Positions 42,171-58,246 of a DNA stretch of 64,000 nt are shown piece after piece. Source of the DNA: the human T2T-CHM13v2.0 reference genome, Homo sapiens; assembly GCF_009914755.1 (NCBI RefSeq), contig NC_060928.1; one strand, 5' to 3'. The position numbers and the translations under genes are program-made. Numbering within the stretch: the stretch's first letter is position 1; every line of letters starts with the position of its first letter. The notes under the pieces are model-generated. The model was not told where the DNA came from and did no database searches. It saw only the letters and a list, made by a program, of their open reading frames with translations.

Positions 42171-42522
42171 TGTATTAGTCTGTCCTCATGCTGCTAATAA
42201 AGACACACCTGAGACTGGGCAATTTATAAAGGAAAGAGGTTTAATGGACTCACAGTTCCACATGGCTGGAAGGCCTCACAATCGTAGCAGAAGATGAAAG
42301 AAGAGCAAAGGTACATCCTACATGGGCAGCAAGAGGGCTTGTGCAGGGACAATCCAATGTATAGAACCATCAGATCTTGTGAGATGTATTCACTACCACG
42401 TGAACAGTATGGGGGAAACCAGTCACATGATTCAATTATCTCCACCTGGAACCACCCTTGACATGGGGGGATTATTACAATTCAATGTGAGATTTGGGTG
42501 GGGACACAGCCAAACCATGTCA
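42171..42522 (-). mobile_element. THE1 (THE1C-like) solo LTR
   Basis: tgtattagtc ... gggtggggacacagccaaaccatgtca, 352 bp. Confidence 0.92.
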
Positions 42523-43770
42523 TAGGTGGTTCTTACATGTATCATATTTTTGTTTTAAGAAATATATTTGGAGAGAGAGACTTAACCCCATGGTGAAATC
42601 TCACAATAAAGGTAGGATAGTTAATAGTCACAGTTGGGCCAGTGTAACTGTTGACAATGTACCCTTTTATACTCAAAACTCTTCCAATTTGGAAAAAGTA
42701 AAAATGGTCACCTTATGGATTCCAAAAATGGTATTAGTGATGGAAGTTTGAGAACAAGGCAGGTTGTTGTAAGAGAAAAGAGGACTGCCAAATTCCAGAG
42801 CATATTGGGGGTTATTTAGGGTTGCTCACCTCTATGTAATTTCAGATCCTGTGGAATTTAATATTCTGGGTGTCTATTTTCTTAAAGTTATCTTTCTTAT
42901 TTTCTTAAAAAACAACAGACAGCACTACTTCCTATCTGAACTAATTATCCTAGTAGAAATTTTAGAGTACTTCTCATGAATGCTCAGAAACCCCCAATAC
43001 TAGGTGAGGATAGGAATTTGAACCGGGGCATTCTATGGAGAGGAAAACTGAGGCAAGTAGAAGCAGTGAAATTGGAATACCAATACAGGTAGTTTTACTT
43101 CATAGTTGCACGGTCTAAAACACAATTCTGTACTTCCTCTCAAAAGAGGAGAGGGAGATGAAGAAACACAGAGTGAGAAAGAAAGAGAGGGAGAGCAAGA
43201 TGGATTCTGAATAATAGGCCTGTGCATGGCTCTTTGTATCTCCAGTGTCCACTCTGTTGACCTATTATCTCTCTTCTCCTAACCAAGAGATCCTCTAGTC
43301 TTTTCTATCCTTGAAGTTTTCATTCTCATCCCCAACTGAGCTCTAGTTTTCATCTTATCTCAAGCACAGACTCCAGGGAAAAATGTCAAACTGTCAGTTT
43401 GCTTGATGTTCCACTGACAAATGGGGCTCACTGACTTGAGATGCTCTGGTGAAAGGAAGGGTGATTAGATCATCTTAAGGATATTGCCACATAGTAGACT
43501 ATCAGAGGATGCTGAGTATGTGCCAATTACCATTACTTCTATATTCCATATTATTCTAATGAGAATTTTATCATCGCTTCTCACATGACTTCATTTTAAA
43601 AACTGTTTTTTTGTGAATCTATCTTGAGTTTCTGGAGGCTTGGGGGAGGGAGTAGTGTGTGCATGAAAAGGGGAGCTAGTGGACACACGACGTGCAAACT
43701 ATTAGAAACCACCTCACAATCTCTAACATTTTCTCCTGAGTGAGGATAGAGTAATCCATGCTTTCTCACA

Positions 43771-44138
43771 TGTATTAGTTCATTTTCACACTGCTGTAAA
43801 GAACTGCCCATGACTGGGTAATTTACAAAGGAAAAGGGTTTAATTGACTCACAGTTCAGTATGGCTGGGGAGGCCTCAGTAAGGCAAAGGGGAAGCAAGG
43901 CACTTTCTTCACAAGGCAGCAGGAAGGAGAATATATGCAGGAGGAACTATCAAACACTTATGAAACCATCAGATCTCGTGAGAAATCACTCACTGTCATG
44001 AGAGCGGCATGGGGAAAACCAACCCCATGATTCAATTACCTCCACCTGATTTCTCCCTTGACATGTGGGGAGTATATGGATTAAGGGGATTACAATTCAA
44101 GATGAGATTTTTGGTGGAGACAGAGCCAAACCAAATTA
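43771..44138 (-). mobile_element. THE1D-like solo LTR
   Basis: tgtattagtt ... gagccaaaccaaatta; TSD tcaca/ccaca. Confidence 0.9.
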
Positions 44139-45019
44139 CCACAGAATGAGTGAGTTTGTCTTAATATAGCCATACCTCTTTGATGCTTCTGTTGTAATTG
44201 TAGTATATATTAATAGTCTGTTTACATAATAAATTTAATATAATAACAGGATATATCTGTAGCTATGTAAGATAATGTACATGTTGTATGCTGTGAACAA
44301 ACTGAAATCAAGGACAATTCAAGGTAAAATATTCCTAAAAATTTATTTCTATAAATCACACATTAGTAGTCTACATGTTCTCTAATATGACATAGGTATA
44401 AAGATAGATAAGTCACATCATTTGTCAACATTCTTGCTCTTTAGCTAATTCACCAAAATGCAAACTGTAAAGGCAGATAATTTTTGCCCTCTTGTACCTA
44501 ATCTTGTCTGACATCAGAATTTCCAGCCAAATAAATTATGACTGGCACTCCAAGTAACTACTTCTAAAGTTGTCAAGTTCTCCAAGATGCTAGGGGATAC
44601 CAGGAATGTTTCAGGGCAATGTCCCTCAGAAGGAAGGTCACCTACTGAAGAATGACAGTGCTTTGAAGTCTCTCTAATTTTAAGAAGTCAAAAAATGAGA
44701 CATGTAACAATGAGATTATAAACGTAAAGTAGTCAAAGAAGTCCATAAAAAAGCAACATTAATTCATAAGGAAAAGAATTATCGATAAATACAATGAAAA
44801 CAAAAAATATTTTTAACTTGAAGTTTTTGACAACTTCTTATATTTAAAAACATATTTTTATATAAAAAGTTAGACTGTAGAAATGTAATCTGGTTCAATA
44901 GAGCTTTATAGATCAGTGAACAGAAACATAAATCAATTAGGATTTAAATCTTTTAGCCTTTGGATTTTAAAACCATCATTAAACAATTTGAATGGTGCCT
45001 AAATACCAATACAGCAAAA

Positions 45020-45190
45020 TGAGTGTTAAGAATTCAGGCTCTGAAAATATGACAGACTTCAGTTTAAGCTCTAGGTTGCATCACTTACTAGCTAATTAAG
45101 CATTAATTTTTGTATTTTTAGCATGGAGTTAATAATAGAAGTTATTTTGGAGGTTCTTTGCAAAGGTTAAATAACATACTATATTCAACC
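45020..45190 (+). mobile_element. MIR
   Basis: gttaagaattcaggctctg...cagacttcagtttaagctct...cacttactagct. Confidence 0.6.
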
Positions 45191-45686
45191 AAGAACAATA
45201 TAAATTGTATTGTTCTTTTTATAATAAATCATTTTATATATGCTAATGAATAATTTTAAAGTATTAATAAGGTAATATTATTGCTGTCACCCTCAAAATA
45301 TTTAGGCTTAAAGAACATTATCATTCACTTAGCTCAAGGGAATAATTGGTTCTTTCTGTTCCTATCAATTCCTCCTGCATATGTCCTGAATATGTCACAT
45401 CTTTGTTTAGACTGTGGTGTTTTTATGTTTATTTTATATTATTTCTCACCAAAATTTATCAGGAGTTTTTCAAGTTGTCTTCCTGAATATCTCCTCCTTC
45501 CACACACACTTCTTTCATCGCTGATGATTTTTCTTTCATTTTTCTAAAACAATAATTGTGTTGCTTTTGCCAAGAGAACATCTTTGGTTTATAATTATAT
45601 AAATTGTACTAGCACATATTATACAGCTATGTGTGATACATAGCCAACATTCTGGTATAAATTAAATATGTTATCTCAATTTAATT

Positions 45687-45788
45687 TGATGTGGTTTGAG
45701 TGTGTCCCCATCCAAATTTCATCTTGAATTGTAGTTCTCATAATCCCCACTTGTCATGGGAGGAACCCAGTGGGAGGTAAGTCAAATG
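45687..45788 (+). mobile_element. THE1 LTR 5' fragment (~100 bp)
   Basis: tgatgtggtttgagtgtgtccccatccaaatttcatcttgaattgtagttc...gtgggaggtaa, after which similarity stops abruptly. Confidence 0.85.
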
Positions 45789-48309
45789 AGTTTCATAATA
45801 TTATTTCTAAATACAGATGATAATACTCAGTATATAACTAACAATGTATACTGGGGGAAATTAGAAGTCCCAAAATTTGTTTCTGCCATGGACTATTCCA
45901 AATCTGAACACTTCTTCTTTCTTTCATTTATCCCCAAATCAAGCATTATCTCTAGCCATGTGGAATATCATGCATCCCTTAGACTATCTCAGGGACATTC
46001 AGATTCTTGTGTCTTTGAACGTCAGATTATTCCTGCTCAGAATGACCGTCTCTACTTTTTGTCTTTGGAAGATTTCATGTTGTGTTGCAAGAATCAGAAG
46101 AGTTCTCAGTGCATTGCACAGTGCACACGCAATGACCATACCACATATGCAGTGTGTATGCGTATGTTTGGGTATTTCTGTGTGTTTGTTTTTCATGTTT
46201 CTAACCGAGTAGAACACAGCCTCCTCAAATATAGCTGAATCGTAATTAATGTACATTTTTTAGTTGCTGTTTTTGTTAACAGTTCCTGGAAGAATTTCAG
46301 GTATATTATAGATGTTCAAAAGTGCTTGATTAAATGGATGAAAGAATAAATAACATTCTATGATGCTGAAATTTAGTATTATAAAGTGATTTTTAACAAT
46401 AAAGAGAATAATTCAGATCTGTGTTTGCTTAATGGATTTTCAGAATTTGACTTTAACTACAAAAATAGTAGCAAATACTAAAATAAAAAGTTTTTTTCTG
46501 AATAGGTTTTGATTTTCTCTCCCATAACATTAAGTTTTTGGCAGCTGATATTTATGGAATAAAAATGATGTGAATCTAATAATAAAATGTAAGCTAGCCA
46601 ACTCTATTTCCTACAGAATACTCTATAAAATAAATTGTAATAAACCAAACTCTTCTAGACAGTAATGATGGATAATTTCAATTTATCTTATTTCATGAAT
46701 AAAAATATACCTATCATAAATCTTTTCTTTTAACATAAATTACTACTGTTAAATTTCTGATGATGCTACCTCCCACAAATTATAACCTGAGAATCCTTAA
46801 AAAAGAAGCTGAAAATATATTATAGATGATTTTATTCTTAGCATTCATATTGATCCATAGACTATAGCTGACATATTGAAACCATTTGTCATCCTAAAAT
46901 ATATTTTATTCAATAATCTTGATACTTATTAATTTATCCTCTTGTTGCAAATGCCACACATATTTAAATATAAAACAACTGTATTCATCCTTCAGCAATA
47001 AACATCTCTTAGTCTGAAGAGTATAGAAAATTTGTGCGCACAAAATATAAAGGGCAAAGAAAACTTATTTTAGCTGATACATAAATCAATTAACTATATT
47101 TCTCCTCTTTTTTATTTTTTTACCTCTTTGTATTCTTCTGTTCTTCAATATCCTCATCACTCATATCATCTTCATTGTTATTAGTAAGCATATACGTAAT
47201 TGTTAAAAATAATAAGGAAAGTTACTTTTTTCACTATTTAGTATTTTAAAAGCACAATATTTGGTAATTTGCATACATTATACCATTTGTAAAATGAATG
47301 ATATTTTCTTCATTTCTTATAATAGGAAACAGATACAATTATATGTGTCCAATGCCTAGTGCGATACCAATGAATGTTATGCTGACTCAAAGGAAAAGCC
47401 ATTAGGAAAAGCTGACTTAAGGGCATGCTTCATGAAAGGAGGAAGGTGTTGGAAAAAGCATAACACATTAGAACTTGTGTTATTTCTAGTGTAGAATTTG
47501 CTTAAGAAAAAATCAGGTGATAAACTTGAATTAATGATATGCTAGATTATGAAAAATACCAAGTGTCAGATGAGAGTATGATATTCATTTTATTATAATT
47601 GGGATGATTCTGATGGTCTTACATTATAGTTTAGTATGTTTTCAATTGTGTTTTACAAATGTTATCCTGATAATCATAGAGAAACTGCTGAAACAAGAAG
47701 AGATGAGTGTCAAGTTGACAAGCTAGAAAATTTTGCAATAGCCCAAGAAAGATAAACAGCCAGTGAAGGGATGAACTATGGGTGAGACATTGAGAATAAA
47801 ATAAAAATATAAATAGATCTAAGAAGATGAGAAGAATTGATAGGTTAAATACAAAAATTATCCCGAAATAGGAAGAGAAGCAATTGAAGTCAAAGATGAA
47901 TTTAGCTTTCTGAAATGAAAGAAAGGAAGAATCATGTGTCTTTGGCATAACAGGAAACGCAAGAGGTTATATAAGGGAAGATGGAGAACTTGTTTTAACA
48001 AGACAGATTGCAGATGATATAGCACTCTTCAGGATCAGATACTTGGAAGTTGAACAGAGATGCTCAGAATCTAGCTTTAATGTGTCTGCCTGTCTCATAG
48101 CAATGATACTACTTGAGCTCTCAGAGAGAATGAGCAAAATATGATGCCTAATCTTTTTCACCACATTCTCACTTAGAGGAAAGATAATGATAAGAAAGAA
48201 AAGAAAATGAAATGTGTCCAAGATATGGATCCAGAAGCAGACACTGTTTCATTATAGAAACAAAAAGAGATTACAAATTAAAAACATGTTTATACACCTG
48301 CGATAATAA

Positions 48310-48530
48310 CTACTTGTCAACCTTTTGAGCACTCACTATTCTTGACATGTATTTTTATATGCATTATAGTTAATTAATACAATAAAATTCCATGAAATAA
48401 ATATATTTATTATTATTGCCATTTTGGCTAGAGGAAACCAAAACACAAATTACACAACTTGACCAACATGAAAAATAAACATTAGTTATAATTGTGTTAA
48501 CTTCCAAATCTATATCTGTCTGATTCTACT
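48310..48530 (-). mobile_element. MIR
   Basis: tttgagcactcactat...tattattgccatttt...gaggaaacc...aacttgaccaa. Confidence 0.55.
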
Positions 48531-49130
48531 CATGACTGAATATTAGGTGAAACACTTATTAATCTTAAAGAACCGATATTTGATAACTCATCTTCCTGGC
48601 TTATCTTCCTGCTATGTATCCTTAATCAATTAGTACCAAAAGGAAAGGGATGCATTAACTTATTGGTGAGTTGGGAGAGCAAACTGGACATGTGCAGTCC
48701 TTCCTGCTTGCCTGAAGAGAGAACGTGTGCTGCTGAGCCCCACTGGCCTGCAGTAAGCATAGCAGGGTAACTTTTGAGATGGGCTAAATTCAATTCAAAT
48801 AGTGTCAGAAAGTACGTATGGCATTAAAACTAAACAACTTTTCTCTAAGCGGTTTTTCACAAGAAAAATTAATAAAAGTTTACCTCTGACTCTCACATTT
48901 ATCTCTGTTTTATTCAAGATGGGCATAGAGGAGAGGAGATATGGTTATAATTGCTTACCTCATTATCTCCCATGTGTGATATCCAGTAATAGACTATATC
49001 TGTGACACCCTAATCACCCTAATCCTCCTGATTATCACTCACTATTTGCTAGAGAACAATACAGAGGCCACTTCCTTAAGGTATATTTACTATCCTGTGC
49101 AGGGCAAGGGGGATTTACCTGGTCTTCAAA

Positions 49131-49698
49131 TGTGGTAGATATACCCTAAGATGACCCCAGTGAGTTACTCTCATGGAATCTCTTCCCCTTGAGCGCAAGT
49201 GAAACCTGTGACTTGAACTTAACTAAAATAATATTACCAAAGTGATGAGCTGTCGCTCCTTTCATTAGGTTATGCTGTGGAGCAAAGGCAATAGGATGTT
49301 GCTCCCACTCTGTCAGAGTAGAGAGAGGGAAACTCCTGCCAGCTTTGCAGAAGTATACTGCAATGTTATAAGAGGGCTTATGAGGTGGCCAAGAAGTGGT
49401 GAGAGTGTCCCTGGCCAATGACCAGAAAGAAAACAGGGACCTCAGTTTTAAACCATAAAGAAATGAATTTTGCAAACAACCTGGAGAGCTTGCAAATGGA
49501 TCCCTCCTCAGGCAAGCCTTTAGATGAGAATGTAGTATGACTTACATCTTGATTGCAGCCTTAGGAGACCATGAACAAAAACTTGAGCTAAGTTGTTTCT
49601 GAAATTCTAACCCTTCATAACTGTGAGATAATACATGTGTATTATTTTAAACACTAAGTTTGGTATAATTTCTGATACAGCAATGGAAAACAAATATA
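49131..49698 (+). mobile_element. MLT1E/F-like MaLR solo LTR
   Basis: tgtggtaga..ctaagatgacccc...cccttgagcgcaagtgaaacctgtgacttg...aactgtgagataata...cagcaatggaaaac. Confidence 0.8.
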
Positions 49699-49779
49699 CC
49701 ACATATATAATCGGTGTAACCATACTTGTGATTTGACACAATCACTCACACCACCTACTGCATGATTGTCCTGTGGCAT

Positions 49780-50480
49780 AAGGCTATCATTGTGGTGAAA
49801 GTCAAGTGATAGCCTCAAAAACAACCCCTTCAGGAGTCAAGATAGTAAATAAAAAAGAAATTGTGTTCTGGAGTTGTGGGAAGGGATTATTAAAATAATG
49901 CCACCCTTAAGTACATAAAGAACACAAAGCTGAGGATTCCTAAGATATCAACACATAACTCACCAGGCTGGATCCTCCAGTAAAGCTCTAAACCTTTAGT
50001 GACAGCAGATTTTCACAAATTCAATTTAGTGGCACCAAATTCTCACTCTATATCAAATGTGATATATTTGTTACAGCAGATTTACATGATCTCCAAGACA
50101 TAGTATGAAGACATCGGTTTGGTGAACAGTTTATATTCAGATTCACATAGAACAGAAAACAATACACATTTATAGCTTAGCTCTAGAACTATGTCAATTA
50201 TTTGGTTATGTATCATAACATTGTCCAAAGTGATATGGACCATCTGGATGTCCCACAGAACATTAAAATGACTCATTAATCAATAATATTATGCTAATTG
50301 GTCTAAACGAGCAAGAAATGCCTAGCATATTGGAGGGCTTTGCTGATACATCCACTCTAGAAGGTGGGAGACGTACCCAGAGAAAACCACTAAATCACAT
50401 TACATCATTAACCTGTTTAGGGGTTCCGTGGTCATAGGTGTATTAGGATATGACATCTAACATAAAAAGTTCACCTTTGC
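49780..50480 (+). pseudogene. Decayed ERVL-class pol (reverse transcriptase) fossil
   Basis: Manual translation gives KAIIVVKVK**P and HNIVQSDMDHLDVPQNIKMTH..INNIMLIGLNEQEM, matching recalled HERV-L RT (RAIMVGKAKWKP; HNL.RRDLD...PQ.ITLVHYIDDIMLIG..EQEV). Confidence 0.75.
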
Positions 50481-51589
50481 TCATAACTACAAAGAAGACA
50501 GTACGTGATATAACGTTAAATCCAGAGGACTGCTATTCTATATGTATATATTATATCAAAATCAGTGGTAATGGAGATGTGCAATACTGATGAAGTCATT
50601 TTTAGTTAAAGTCTGTAATTTTGATAAGACATGAGGGAAAAGATTGGTTGTCTCAGTCTTGAGTGGAGTATTTAAGAACAAATTTTTTACTCGGTATTCT
50701 CTGGTAATAAGCAAATTCAGTCATCTACATTGAAAGATAAAACAAAGACATGGCAATTAGTCATATTTATATGTATTTGTAAAACCAAGTAAAATTTTTG
50801 CTTTATTCTTACTAGGATATTCTTTCTTTGTTCAATATAGATTTGAAAAACTTTCATTTTTATTGCAGCCTGCAAAGACTGATTTTACCTTCTAAAAATT
50901 AAATGAGGTTGAGATTATATAAAGACATTTTATGTGAAGTTTAGAAGCTTAAGATAGTGTGTGTGCCCTGAAGAAATCTCATGTTTAGATGCCTTTGAAA
51001 CTCCTTATTTGTGTTTCACTCTGTCTTGATACATCTTTAGTTTCTTTAATCAATGAACACACTGCTCCACACAGCCCCTAAGGCAAAAGTTGCCATAATC
51101 AGTTTTCAGTATAAGACAAAAGCAAACTGAAAAGAGTACTCCAGAATATGTTTACTAGTATCCCTGACAGAAGTTTTCAATCTCCCTACAGCCACCACAC
51201 ATTATGAATGGCAAAATGTATCTTGTCAGTAGAGCCAGTGTCTTTACATATACTCTGGAAATTAGAGTCTGGTGTCAATTTTTAAAAAGTGAATGTAGCA
51301 TTTTAAAAAATACTTGATTGGTCAGAGATATATGACAAAAAATTCCTAATAAAGGAAAGGTGTTTACACATTGTTCCAAATTTGTATAGGTTTTCTTTAT
51401 CTACCTGTTATGTAATAAAACTAATAAATGAATAAATTTTCACTTTCTTTAACCTGTCAGACAAAACCTACAAAAACTAGAGGAAGAGTCTGGTATAGAA
51501 GACATATTTATAGAACTGGGCAATAATTTTCTATATTCTCTATATGTTAATGAACTCTTGACATTATAGTATCTAACTTAAGAAGGTAG

Positions 51590-51770
51590 GCTTTTTAATT
51601 AGGCAGATCTGGGTTCTACCATTCACTAATTACGTAACCTGATTAATTACTAAACCACACAAATTTCCATTATTTCTTTTATAAAGTGGCTGTATTAACA
51701 ATACTTATCTCTTAAAGTTGTTTAAGGTATTAAAAGATGCATATAATGGAGCTGACACAGTTTTCACATT
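51590..51770 (+). mobile_element. MIR
   Basis: aggcagatctgggttctaccattcacta...taacaatacttatctc. Confidence 0.55.
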
Positions 51771-51899
51771 AGACATTTTGGCTGCCTCCTCCTCCTCCTC
51801 CTTCTTTGTGGTCATTGTCATTGTTGTCAGGCTTTAAAATAGAACTATAAAACTGCAATTGTAGCATTTTATTTTATTTTAAGTTTCCCTGACCCTGTT

Positions 51900-52170
51900 C
51901 TTGTCCTCAAATTTCACCTCCCCAGAGAAGCCTTTCTGTACTATTAATCTAAATTAGTTCCAACAAGCAATTCTATCTCGTTACCCTATTTTATTTTTTT
52001 CCTAGCATTTGTAATCGTTATCTTGTTTATTCATCTACTTACTATTTCATAATTAGTTCCCAATTCCAATGTCTGTCCATAAGAGGACAGACTTTATCAT
52101 GTGCTGCTCTATCCACCTGGCATTTAGTAGGCACCATGTAAGTACTCATTAGGTTAATGAATATGAATGT
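51900..52170 (+). mobile_element. L2a 3' end
   Basis: ctcaaatttcacctccccagagaagcctttct...tccataagaggacagacttt...gtactcatt...aatgaatatgaatg. Confidence 0.7.
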
Positions 52171-52214
52171 TCTCATTGTTTTTTTTTGCTTCTTCATCAA
52201 GAATCAATTGTTTA

Positions 52215-52660
52215 TTTCCAAAAAGACAACCAGAACAACTTTTTGATAAGACGTAACAAAGCTTATTAGACTTATTGAAGCAAAGTAGAGCAGTATCTCA
52301 ACAAAAATCTTAGAAGTGTTTCAAAATGGAAAATATGGGCATGGTTTAGTTGCAGTTTGAAGGCTTGAGTTGAAGAATTTTAAGATGGCTGTTACAGGGT
52401 TGGAAAGTAGATGGGCTACTATTATGACAATTGTTTGGATGAAGGGTACAGCAAGATGAAGATCTTTAAATGAGCCATAAGTAAGCTGTTCAATTGTTTT
52501 GGTTTCTTACCTTCTAGGAACTGGTATTTCCTTCAGTAAGCATTGGAGTTATTTTTGTTGCTCTCAGTGTTGCTTAGCAAAGAACAGGGAATTATGCTTC
52601 TTCCAAGAATTGTTTAACATAGGGACCAGGAAATATATCTGGTTCCAATATTGTTTAACA
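52215..52660 (-). mobile_element. Old ERV LTR-like remnant, family uncertain
   Basis: Ends in ttgtttaaca (a TG start on the minus strand), with an LTR-like U5 region on the left. Confidence 0.3.
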
Positions 52661-54090
52661 CATGGACAGAAAATTACATGGTTTCAGATTTTCAAGCTTT
52701 ATTTGCATTTGACACACGGATTCCTTTCTTATTTTTGCATAGCTATCACTTGTGTATGTTATACACGAGTTGGTTTGTATTCTAGTTTTCACTTGTGCTT
52801 TTGCATTATATTTTTCTAGAGCTCCTCTTACTTGCATTTTTTTCTGTCTCATTAGCTGAATAAACTTATATAGTTCTCACCCATTCAATGTGGATTCATA
52901 TAAAAATTCAGTTCTAGGCCTACTTGAAATTTTTAGTCTTCCCTTATTCATTCAGATATACTACTCATTGTCACGTCTTCAAATATAGTGCTTACACTTG
53001 ATTTTAAATGTTAAATTTTTATTATAATCTTTTCTCTAATTTTCTGCCTCCTCTCCATACAGAGTAGACAATATTTGTAAGATATTGTCCCACTTTTACG
53101 TCCTTGTCTATATAAACATCTACTTGTCTGTATAAACATCTATATAGATGTCTATTTTAATATCTACTAGTGGGCATCTCTTACAGTGTTTTGTAAAAAT
53201 TCCATCAGAGAGTCTATTACATGGATAGGCTTGATGCTTTGAAAATAAATTTAACACTCTTCTGTCTACTGACTTCCCATCCACCGAGCTATCACAGTTT
53301 TTAGCTGTTAATAGCGTCAATACTTGCAGCATCTCTGATAAGAACAATTCTGCTTCACCTCCCTGACCAGTAATAAGTTTTAGTTTTAGTAACTGATGCC
53401 TCTTACAAATTGACTTTTGTATGGTCTCTTAGTATTGTTTCTCCAATGCCAAGATTCACATAGCAGTCAGATTAAATTTCCTAAAATTCTACTTTGACCT
53501 TCTTAAATAAATACCTTCAGTGATACGGAACTGCCTATAATATGACATCTATTCAGCTTAGCTTAATATTTATGATAACTTACAATTAATCTCTGGACAA
53601 CCTTAGATAATTTCTAGGTAAAAGTATTTTCTATTGTTTTTCTATATCAATTAAGGAGCTTGCTGGCCCACCGGTTATGCCTTCAATGTGCCATGCATTT
53701 TTCTCCACCTTTGAATCTATATTCTCCCTGCTTAAAATACTTTTCTGTCAGCCCTGTTTCTCTTTCAATCCCCACTTCAAATTCCTTTTTCATGAAACCT
53801 TACCAAAGTAGTATAATCCACAGGGATAGCTAAATATTGAAAGGTAATAAATTCAATGATAATGTTCATTTGTAATGCACAATATATATTGCCCTGGCTT
53901 GACTGTAATTTCACAGTTTTTATTTGTGTTTGTTTTTTCTCTTCATATTAAATATGCAAAATCTCATTATTAGAGCATTTGTAACATATGCATTTAGATG
54001 CTCTGGAGACCCTAATTTGCATGCATATTTTTTAAAACAAATATCATAGATGTTCAGTGTTATTACTTTAGAGATTTGAAATTTAGTAAG

Positions 54091-54457
54091 TACAATGGAC
54101 TGAATGGTTGTGTCCCCACTCAGAAACAAATGTTGAAATCCTAACCCTAGTACAATGATATTAGGAGGTGGTGCCTTTGGGAAACAATTAGGTCATGAGG
54201 GTGGAACCCTCATGGGTAGGATTAGTGCCATTATAAAAGATATCCCAGAGAGCTCTCTGCCCTCTTCTGCTATGTGAGGATACAATGCGAAGATGGCAAT
54301 CTGTACCCTGAAAAAAGAGAGTCCTCTCTAGAACCTGATCAGGCTGCCCTCTGATCTTGGACTTCTAGACTTCAGAACTGTAAAAAATATATTTCTATTT
54401 TTTAAAAGCCATCCAGTTCATGGGCCTTTGTTAGAGCAGCCTGAGTAAACTGAGACA
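54091..54457 (+). mobile_element. MLT1A0 solo LTR
   Basis: atggactgaatg..tgtcccc...ttaggtcatgagggtggaaccctcatg...actgagaca; perfect 5-bp TSD gtaag (54086-54090, 54458-54462). Confidence 0.9.
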
Positions 54458-55329
54458 GTAAGGCATGGGTATGACCCCTAGAAAGCTCTCTAAAGAATTA
54501 GGGCCATGAGTAAGAAATGCAGAATTATTTGGTTCACTAGTAGATAACAGACAGGCGAATCAAATAAACAAGCTGGTACTTCAGAGAATTGTTCTGAGAT
54601 TAAAAAGTACCTTCAGGCTCTTCAGGCAGGGCTGGAAATATCCTTTTTCAATAGGCTATAGTACTGCACAGCCTTCTCTTACATAAGGTATTGTGTTTGT
54701 TTCTATCCTATTAAATATGTGAAATATATTGAAGTCAATTTGTTTCTAGTCTCATGAAAAAAATAGAGTTTATCACCTTCTAGGACTCTTCAAAGTTATA
54801 AAAATCAAAGAAAATACATTTTCAAATATTTTGCTCATAAAACTGCCTCTGAAATAAAACACAGAATATTTTGCATTAGCAATTGGGTTTCCCTCATGTT
54901 TATTACTTCAATTTTTGCTCTTGGAATAGACGCTACCTAAGAATAAAAACTAACACATAGTAAGTCTTCAACAAGCCTATATTTATTGAATTTAAAGGTA
55001 CAAGGTAATCATATTTAGTTTCTTCTTGTGCATTTTTATACCTTACGTATTCTTTAGTTAACTGAATAGAATATTTCCTTTCCTAGTACTTAATTTACTC
55101 TTTCTCTAGAAAATTGAGCACTTAGAGATTTTCTGGAAGATGCTTACTGCATGTGTATGTGCTAACTAAAACGGCATTTCTTATGCATCCATTAATTATT
55201 TTTGAAAAAGTATTTTCCATGGGTTCTGAAGAATTTTAGTTACAAGAGATCATGAGATGCTGAATAAGAAAAAAAACAAACAGTGTGTTCAAATAAATTT
55301 AGAAACACTGTCTACTCAACTTTTCAAAA

Positions 55330-56253
<924 letters not shown>

Positions 56254-56417
56254 AACTGTTATCTGGAGATTCACACTGTGAATTTCCATTTTAAGGAGTT
56301 TGTAAAGTCCTGCAAGAAATAAACTTGTTTCTTTTTATTTAACTTAGAGTTTTCCTATCATTTTACATAATGTTATTTAGATCAGTCATTTTCAAAACTT
56401 CTCTGTGAAAGATCCAT

Positions 56418-57750
<1,333 letters not shown>

Positions 57751-58246
57751 ACTCAAGTGCCCCATTCATTTCTTGACTTGGAGTTTCATACATTGGCATG
57801 ACTCCATGATTTTCTTCTCTCCTCTCTTGGTTCTTCCTCTGGGGCAGGATGTTGCTCAACTGCTGCATGCACAGTGTTGGTCAGCATTTTGGAGTGTGAC
57901 ACATACACAGTGTGTTTACTGAGGTTGTGCTCATGCTCTCTAGGGGCAATTTTCCTTTATTGGTTGAACACCCACAAAGCAAGGTCATGCATCTGCCATT
58001 TTGCCTCTTAGTATTCATGCTCGAGCCTGCTAGCCCACCTCTTTAGTTCTTACTGGGAAGCTGCAGATCCAGCTCCAGGTGTATTCTATCTATTGGAAGA
58101 CTGTCTTCCCCTGTCACTGGCTGTGACCAATTATTATTTCAGAGAGACAGTTTAACAACTGCCTGACCATCACCTGACATTTGCCTGACATTCCTGGGGG
58201 TTCCTCTCCTGCCCTGCTTATGTCTGCCTAACTACCTACTCTAACA
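57751..58246 (-). mobile_element. MER50 (ERV1) LTR missing its 3' part
   Basis: Minus strand starts tgttagagtaggtagttaggcagacataagcagggcaggagagg...caggaatgtcaggc...aggtgatggtcaggc. Confidence 0.8.

Noticed and set aside
45756-46238. 160-aa ORF
   Set aside because: Starts in a THE1 fragment, has no recognisable domain, and overlaps ORFs in other frames; consistent with chance
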